Shown: piece after piece, positions 1 to 5,784 of the stretch
Layout: the number at the start of each line of letters is the position of its first letter
Position numbering within the stretch: the first letter of the stretch is position 1
Origin: an archaeon
GTDB taxonomy: Archaea; Iainarchaeota; Iainarchaeia; Iainarchaeales; CSSED10-239
DNA: 32,000 nucleotides
Assembly (NCBI GenBank): GCA_035400625.1
Contig: DAOMZT010000002.1
Coordinates: 60,001 to 92,000, forward strand
Direction of reading: 5' to 3'
The notes under the pieces: model-generated
Database searches by the model: none
Seen by the model: only the letters and a program-made list of their open reading frames with translations
What the model was told of the DNA's origin: nothing
Made by a program: the position numbers and the translations under genes

Positions 1-461
1 TCTGCGTTATGTATAAATCTGTTGATGATCTTATACAAAGAAATAGAAGTTTGATAGGAAGAACTAAAATTTCCAATTACGCAGACACAAAAAGGAGATA
101 CTTTACTAGATATTGATTTTTTGCCAAAGCGCACTTCTACATAACATTTTCTTTCCCCTTAAAAGAAATCTGAAGATAGAAGAAAACCTTTGCCAAATGA
201 TCTACCCCTAAATGTAAAGAAAAGTCTAAAGAAAAAAAGGAGGCGATAACAAAACATCAAAAAGCGATAAAAAACACAAAAAATAGAAAATTTCTGGTTT
301 TTGGCAAGTTTTAACTAGCCAAAACACCCAAAAACCAAATAAAATAACGGAAAAAAGCACTTTTCTCTAACTATCGGTCGGCTTAATAGCTCTTATACGG
401 AAGATAAGAAAGTTATTAACAAGGAACGCGCCTTTATGTATAAGGTTTTCTTTTATGATAT

Positions 462-1073
462 TTACCTTTGCCTATTAAAATAAATATCTAATATATTTTT
501 ATTTAGTTGCTCTATAAATTGGCCCCCATTAGAATACCCGTAATTTACACGTACTAATTTTCCATTTCTATAATATAAAATAGCAGGAATGCCTTTTAAT
601 GAATTTGGCAAGTCTCTTTTCATAAGATTATATTCGATAAATTCATTAAAATTCGCCTCCCCAAAATATAGATTGTATGTATGCGTATTTTTAATTTTTT
701 GATTTTTAATAAGGTCTAGCCAATTATTAATTGTTTTCTTTGACTGTAAACAAGGAGCACACACTTCTGAACCCACAACAATAATTGAATTAGGATAATC
801 AGTTAAAAATTGGTTTATGTGATCAGATAAAAGCAATTTGTTAATTTTTAGTTTTTTAATATTTTTTTTATTATATTTTTTATCAACTAATTGCACACGT
901 TCTATTTTTGGTTTGGTTTTAGTAATGCGTGCATTAACTTTGCGTTCTGCTTTTGCTTGTAATCCTGAAAATGCAAGGGTTCCACCCAAAACTAAAAGAC
1001 CTGCTTTTTTTGCTATACTTGTTTTTGCTACTCTTGCTTTTTTTGCAACATTAATATTTATTCTGGCCTTCAT
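462..1073 (-). CDS. Membrane-anchored thioredoxin-fold thiol:disulfide oxidoreductase (extracytoplasmic role inferred)
   Basis: ORF 462..1082 opens on GTG. The first ATG at 1073 gives MKARININ. It has a basic N-terminus and one hydrophobic helix (AGLLVLGGTLAFSGL). Thioredoxin hallmarks follow: CxxC in VVGSEVCAPCLQ and a cis-Pro loop-type motif KGIPAILYYRNGKLV. Confidence 0.6.
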   Translation of the reverse strand: MKARININVAKKARVAKTSIAKKAGLLVLGGTLAFSGLQAKAERKVNARITKTKPKIERVQLVDKKYNKKNIKKLKINKLLLSDHINQFLTDYPNSIIVVGSEVCAPCLQSKKTINNWLDLIKNQKIKNTHTYNLYFGEANFNEFIEYNLMKRDLPNSLKGIPAILYYRNGKLVRVNYGYSNGGQFIEQLNKNILDIYFNRQR

Positions 1074-1183
1074 AACACTCACAAATTAAATAAAATAATA
1101 ATTTAAATAGGCCTATTTTTAAAAAAATAAAAAGCGCCTATTTTCAGGCACTATTTTTAGAAATAATTAAATATCAAAGCAAC

Positions 1184-1543
1184 CTATTTTTCTGCAGAAC
1201 ACTTTGGACCTGCACACTCCCAATATTCATAAGGGTCACCGTCTGGATCTACTCCTGATGCGTGATTGCTTGTTTTTACCCCAAAATAACAACAATCGTC
1301 TAGTTGTGGCATCACACCACTTTCGTTGACAACTTTTTCTTTTATTACATGTATTGTTGATTCCCCAAATTCATTTGTCACTTTGAATATTTTTGTTTTT
1401 GTAACTGCCTTATCATTTATTGAAGATAGTGCTCTTTTTGCATTTCCTGAAGTCATTGGGCTAACTAAGAAAGTGCCTATTAACACACCAACCACTAAAG
1501 CCACAAGACCCCAAATAATTAATTTTGTTTGATCTTTTTTCAT
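1184..1543 (-). CDS. Small membrane-anchored or secreted Cys-containing protein, function unknown
   Basis: ATG at 1543 is preceded by an AGGAGA Shine-Dalgarno-like motif (reverse complement of 1553..1558). There is an N-terminal hydrophobic helix LIIWGLVALVVGVLIGTFLV and a C-terminal cysteine cluster DDCCYF...WECAGPKC. Confidence 0.5.
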   Translation of the reverse strand: MKKDQTKLIIWGLVALVVGVLIGTFLVSPMTSGNAKRALSSINDKAVTKTKIFKVTNEFGESTIHVIKEKVVNESGVMPQLDDCCYFGVKTSNHASGVDPDGDPYEYWECAGPKCSAEK

Positions 1544-1737
1544 GTTTTCATCTCTCCTTTATATGTAAACTTTTTTAAGTTAAACAAATATTTCTATTAA
1601 AAAAAGAAGAAGGAAATGTTTATAAATATACATTACATAAAACAAAAAACACCTGTCCAAGTATTTGTGCTAAAATCTTTTTTCAATATCATAATTGGCA
1701 AGAACACACATTGACAAAACACAATTACAGATGTTTG

Positions 1738-2145
1738 TTACTTGCCAGTATATTTGCGTTTAACCTTTAAACCAGCCAAAGGTCTAAGATTAAATGAATA
1801 AACAACAAATAAGTTATTTTCCTTCATTATTTCTACAAGCAATGCCTCATTATAAGCTATTTTTTTGTTTATCATCAAAGAAATAGCCCCCACTATTGCA
1901 TTAGTTGAAGGCACAAGTATTTTGTACACTAATTGAATATCTTCCACTAGGCATTTTAACTCATTAGCTGGTTTTTTCTTAGCCATGTGTGAAATAAAGG
2001 CGATTAAATCAGGTTCTGTTATATAGGCACTATTATTCATACCTTTATCAAGAATCAGAGTCGCCGCTCTCTTGTTTTTATTATTTCCTGAAAATGCAGC
2101 AATTAAAACATCTGCAGAAATTACAAAAGAACTAATTTGTGTCAT
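1738..2145 (-). CDS. PIN-like (VapC-type) toxin candidate, with degenerate acidic residues
   Basis: 135 aa, the size of a PIN domain. It has an N-terminal strand with Asp (FVISADVLIAA) and a mid-protein ITEPDL. It overlaps the upstream RHH gene by 4 bp (ATGA at 2142..2145). The usual third and fourth PIN acidic positions are not obvious (AYNEALL, YSFNL), so activity is uncertain. Confidence 0.4.
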   Translation of the reverse strand: MTQISSFVISADVLIAAFSGNNKNKRAATLILDKGMNNSAYITEPDLIAFISHMAKKKPANELKCLVEDIQLVYKILVPSTNAIVGAISLMINKKIAYNEALLVEIMKENNLFVVYSFNLRPLAGLKVKRKYTGK

Positions 2146-2342
2146 TTTTTACCACCTTTCTTTGGTTTTACCAATTGTGCACGCAACCTATTGATCGCTT
2201 CATCTTTCTTATTCTCTTGAGATTTTAAAGACTCAACAATTGTCTTACTTATCGCGTCTTTTCTAGTCCCATACTTTCTTTTTGCCATTTCCCTTAAAAG
2301 TTTTTCGGATTCTGAATCCATTGATATCGTTATAACCCCCAC
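2142..2342 (-). CDS. Ribbon-helix-helix (CopG/VapB-like) antitoxin candidate
   Basis: 66 aa. It shows the N-terminal beta-strand plus helix pattern typical of RHH proteins (GVITISMDSESEKLLREMAKRKYGTRKDAISKTIVESL). The GTG start at 2342 is needed to keep the beta-strand. It is translationally coupled to the PIN-like gene. Confidence 0.5.
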   Translation of the reverse strand: MGVITISMDSESEKLLREMAKRKYGTRKDAISKTIVESLKSQENKKDEAINRLRAQLVKPKKGGKK

Positions 2343-2425
2343 TATATCACCATTTCATTCCATATAATATTAATTAACTATAAAGAACAAAGAGTTTATA
2401 AATACGAAGGTTTTATTTAATTTAC

Positions 2426-2469
2426 TATTTAAATAATCTATTATTTAAATAATTAATTACTTAAATAAT
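2426..2469. repeat. Three phased 12-nt direct repeats TA(T/C)TTAAATAAT at 16-bp spacing
   Basis: Copies lie at 2426..2437, 2442..2453 and 2458..2469, read directly from the sequence. They sit in the 210-bp spacer upstream of the RHH/PIN pair and could be an operator. They are AT-only, so chance or low complexity cannot be excluded. Confidence 0.35.
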
Positions 2470-2552
2470 GACAAAACACCAAACACCAAAGTTTAACAAA
2501 ATACCAAAAATAAAAAACGCCACTAAAAACAAAAAATTAAATTTACGAAAAA

Positions 2553-5500
2553 TTATTTATAAAATTTACAATAATCTGTAACCTGGCAACAATCTAGTTT
2601 TCTTTTGTAATAAGATATATAATTAGAACTACAATCTACATTACTCATATCGATCAGAGTAATTCTGCCATAGTGGAACGGTAATTTTAAAGCCCCAGAA
2701 TTTAACTTTTCTTCAAGAGTGTTATATGTTACTTTTGCAGGGGCACCAGGACCTGATGCATGAATATATTGATGATTGCCATTTGGTAACTTTTTGTCAT
2801 AAATACCTGCGTGACCAAAATAATATTTAGTGTGTAAAAATAACAAATCTCCTGATTGTAGTTTATCCAAATCTGCTCTAGTTTCTATAGTACCAACAAT
2901 ACCTAAAATGTGTCCTTTACGTAAATCAGAATCTTTTTTCTTAACTGGCTCTATAAAATCAGCAATTGTACAATCATTTTCGAATATTTCTTTACAGGAA
3001 GTAGATCCATCTATGTAACCTAAATCTCTCATTACTACATATAATAACCCCACACAATCAATTCCTTTCTTCAGTTGAAAACCCCCATCTAATTTATATC
3101 CATTTCTGCCACCAAAAATATATTTAGTTCCTAAATTTGCATAATGCCTTGCTCTTTCCGCAATTTTTTGAGAAAACTCATTTTGTTCTAAATATTCTAT
3201 ATCTCCTTCCCCTATATTATTTGGGTCTTCATAATAATCAGTTTTTGATTTTCTGTCTTGTGATATTTTTTCAAGTTGTATTAATTGCGCATTTGTTAGA
3301 TTTATATATGTTTTAGGATATATATCTGGATTTAATATAACATCTTTTATATTTTTTATATTTGTGTTTTTAGGCACATATATTCTTTTTACTCTATTTC
3401 TTATATCCTTAGTTAATATACTTATTTTCTGACCATCCACTGTACTTTCAGCAATTAATGGTAGTCCTGTTATTGTTTTTCCAATATATATTGCTAAATG
3501 AGTATATTCTCTATTTTCATCATTATATTTACTTGTGGGATTATAGATCCCTATTATTGCACCATCAACTAATATATCTATATATTGATAATATGTCTTA
3601 CCATCTTGAACTTCCTTATTTTCTTTACAGCAATTTTTCCCAGTAAATGCATTCTCTTCGCAAACAGATTTTCCTACACAAACATCTGATGCTTCCCAGA
3701 TTAAATTGTAATTGTCTATTGCCCCTTTCTTAGTGTCGAAAGCCCATGCATGAGCGCCTGGATTTAGGTAATTTTGGAATCCATTAACATAGGTGTTTTG
3801 TCCAAAATCCATAACATACTTTACTGGATAATTTGCTTTTGCAGGAACTAATAAAAGTTTATCATAGTTATAATGCCCCAAGTCCTTTTTTAGCATTAAT
3901 TTTATGTTTTTATCTTCCAGAGTTTTAAGATAAACATTCTTTTTAGTGTCCCAGTATTTGTGATCTAGTTTCTCGTAGGCACCTAATTTAGAAGATGAAA
4001 GACCTGTACTTAAATTATATTTTAAAAAATATTGAGGGTCTCTAAAATATTTCCTCTTTATTACAAGATAATTAATTAATACCCTTACCTCTTTTGTGCT
4101 CTTTATATTTGCTCCATCTTTTACAAAAAAAGCAGTTGGCTTAAAAAGATCAGAAAACTTGCCTGCATTATATATTTGCTGAGCATTATCTTTATTAGAC
4201 AAACTTGCTAAAACATAAATTGAATTAATACTGTTTTCATTTTCAAGTACAAAGTCCTCAAAAGAAAATGGATTACTTGATTTTTCACGACTATTTTTTA
4301 TAAGATAATTAAGTTCTTTAATATAATCAGAGGTAAATAAAACTGTAGGACCAAAATCATCTTTATTATTCTTTATAGCATTAATTAAGAACCCAAAGTA
4401 GCCATTGTCGTTATTGATTATGCCATTATATCCTAAATTATAAAATTTGTTTTTGTTGCCATTATATACATTATTAAGCAAATGTGTGTTGATTTCTTTA
4501 AAATCACCTAATGCAAGATACTGGAATTGCTCTTCTTCTGCTAGCTGTAATGGCAAAGTGTTTGAAATTGTGGTTGTCTGCTTTGAAGTTACTTGCTCAA
4601 TATTTATTAAGTTACCAGAATCTCTGCCACTCAAATCTATTTGAGCAAAACCATATAATTTCGGATTTAGATTATTATTACAATTTGAAAGCTCGGAGAT
4701 TAGCGACCATAGTTGAAAAGCCTGCTCTAAAGAGAGGTCATAAGCTTTGGCTACGCGGAAGATTGTGTCGGTATATTCGTCATTGTCTTTGCGAAAACAA
4801 AAATGTTCGCGGGTTAAGGACAAATCAACCAATAATTCTTTAGTGTTTATGTCCTCAAAGGATTGATCTTGAAAATCTGATACTACATTGAAATTATTCA
4901 GAATACTATTTAATACACCATCAATTACAACACTTTCTGAAGATTTTATTTTTTGAATATTAAAGTTATCAATATCTTTTTGAGTAATATAACATTGACC
5001 AGAAATTGTAGGATTCTCACAACCTTTTGGAAGAGCATAAATACTACTTAATTGTATTGGGTCTTTACGAAATAATATCATGAATTTTTGGGTTTCAATT
5101 GGTGATAAAAATTCAGGCTCGAATTTTACTTCAAAATTAAAACCATTACCTATTTCTTCTTTTGTGCCAATCAGTTTTGATTTTAGAACAAATAAAATCG
5201 GAAAAGAATATAAATTTTTATTGTCTTCTAAATCAGCAATACATTTTTCTGGGTTGTGCACATTATTTTTTGAAAGATAAGCCACTAAACTACTTTTGGT
5301 TCTGGGAGCAATTATCTTTTCAATAACATAATTTACATTGTCTAAGTTGATATAATTGACTGCTATTAAATCCTCATTTTTTTTAGAATAGTAGCTTCTA
5401 ATGGCATTAGAACAAGATGAATCAACACCATACTTGGTATTATAAGAATTAAAATATACATTTTCAAAACCTGCAAAAACATCTATATATTTTGCTTTGG

Positions 5501-5771
5501 AATTAATAACATACGGGACTTGTCCAGGATTTGGAATAAATATATTTTTATAAACAATTTCTTTTTTTTCGATTTCATTATTTTTATTAGAAATAATATA
5601 AGATAAAATATTGTCAGATATCGGTCCTTTTTGTTTTGAAATATAATGATTAAATAACTCACGAACATGATTTATCTCAACTAAATCGGAGGGCAACTCA
5701 AAAGAATAAATAGGGCTAAATAATAATATTAAAAATAAAAAAATCATAAAACCTTTAATTTTTGATTGCAT
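2553..5771 (-). CDS. Secreted 1072-aa multidomain cell-wall hydrolase-like protein: SLT-like motif, CHAP-like module lacking the Cys nucleophile, and a C-terminal NlpC/P60 domain with a Cys-rich tail
   Basis: Sec-type signal peptide (GFMIFLFLILLFSPIYS). NlpC/P60 motifs are YIFGGRNGY, GIDCVGLLYVV (Cys906, codon 3054..3056), GDLLFL, FGHAGIY and YIHASG. The mid-protein papain-like module has EYTHLAIYIG (His758) but NYPVKYVMDF where the paralog has NYCARYVKDF. The SLT-like string is AKAYDLSLEQAFQLWSLISELSNCNNNLNPKLYGFAQIDL (Glu360, codon 4692..4694). Confidence 0.75.
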   Translation of the reverse strand: MQSKIKGFMIFLFLILLFSPIYSFELPSDLVEINHVRELFNHYISKQKGPISDNILSYIISNKNNEIEKKEIVYKNIFIPNPGQVPYVINSKAKYIDVFAGFENVYFNSYNTKYGVDSSCSNAIRSYYSKKNEDLIAVNYINLDNVNYVIEKIIAPRTKSSLVAYLSKNNVHNPEKCIADLEDNKNLYSFPILFVLKSKLIGTKEEIGNGFNFEVKFEPEFLSPIETQKFMILFRKDPIQLSSIYALPKGCENPTISGQCYITQKDIDNFNIQKIKSSESVVIDGVLNSILNNFNVVSDFQDQSFEDINTKELLVDLSLTREHFCFRKDNDEYTDTIFRVAKAYDLSLEQAFQLWSLISELSNCNNNLNPKLYGFAQIDLSGRDSGNLINIEQVTSKQTTTISNTLPLQLAEEEQFQYLALGDFKEINTHLLNNVYNGNKNKFYNLGYNGIINNDNGYFGFLINAIKNNKDDFGPTVLFTSDYIKELNYLIKNSREKSSNPFSFEDFVLENENSINSIYVLASLSNKDNAQQIYNAGKFSDLFKPTAFFVKDGANIKSTKEVRVLINYLVIKRKYFRDPQYFLKYNLSTGLSSSKLGAYEKLDHKYWDTKKNVYLKTLEDKNIKLMLKKDLGHYNYDKLLLVPAKANYPVKYVMDFGQNTYVNGFQNYLNPGAHAWAFDTKKGAIDNYNLIWEASDVCVGKSVCEENAFTGKNCCKENKEVQDGKTYYQYIDILVDGAIIGIYNPTSKYNDENREYTHLAIYIGKTITGLPLIAESTVDGQKISILTKDIRNRVKRIYVPKNTNIKNIKDVILNPDIYPKTYINLTNAQLIQLEKISQDRKSKTDYYEDPNNIGEGDIEYLEQNEFSQKIAERARHYANLGTKYIFGGRNGYKLDGGFQLKKGIDCVGLLYVVMRDLGYIDGSTSCKEIFENDCTIADFIEPVKKKDSDLRKGHILGIVGTIETRADLDKLQSGDLLFLHTKYYFGHAGIYDKKLPNGNHQYIHASGPGAPAKVTYNTLEEKLNSGALKLPFHYGRITLIDMSNVDCSSNYISYYKRKLDCCQVTDYCKFYK
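4369..4898. repeat. Copy 1 of a 530-bp dispersed direct repeat (partner at 7001..7530)
   Basis: Base-by-base comparison at offset 2632 shows that 4369..4862 equals 7001..7494 (494 bp, no mismatch). There is one T/C difference at 4863/7495, and identity then continues to 4898/7530. Flanks on the low-coordinate side stay highly similar to about 3880/6510. Flanks on the high-coordinate side diverge abruptly. Confidence 0.95.
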
Positions 5772-5784
5772 AATTTATTTTCCA

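Noticed and set aside
1-134. Possible gene ends at the left edge: a plus-strand frame open from position 3 to a TGA at 114..116 (..YKSVDDLIQRNRSLIGRTKISNYADTKRRYFTRY*), and a minus-strand frame open from a GTG at 132..134 to position 1 (..RFGKKSISSKVSPFCVCVIGNFSSSYQTSISLYKIINRFIHNA..)
   Set aside because: Both frames are open over the same ~115 nt and neither has a recognisable motif. Without the flanking sequence I cannot decide which, if either, is real.
1104-1150. The small palindrome AAATAGGCCTATTT (1105..1118) and the hairpin GCCT-N6-AGGC (1136..1149) between the 1184..1543 and 462..1073 genes, considered as terminator or operator
   Set aside because: The stems are only 4-7 bp and AT-rich. 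This is plausible as a terminator followed by T-runs but too weak to annotate.
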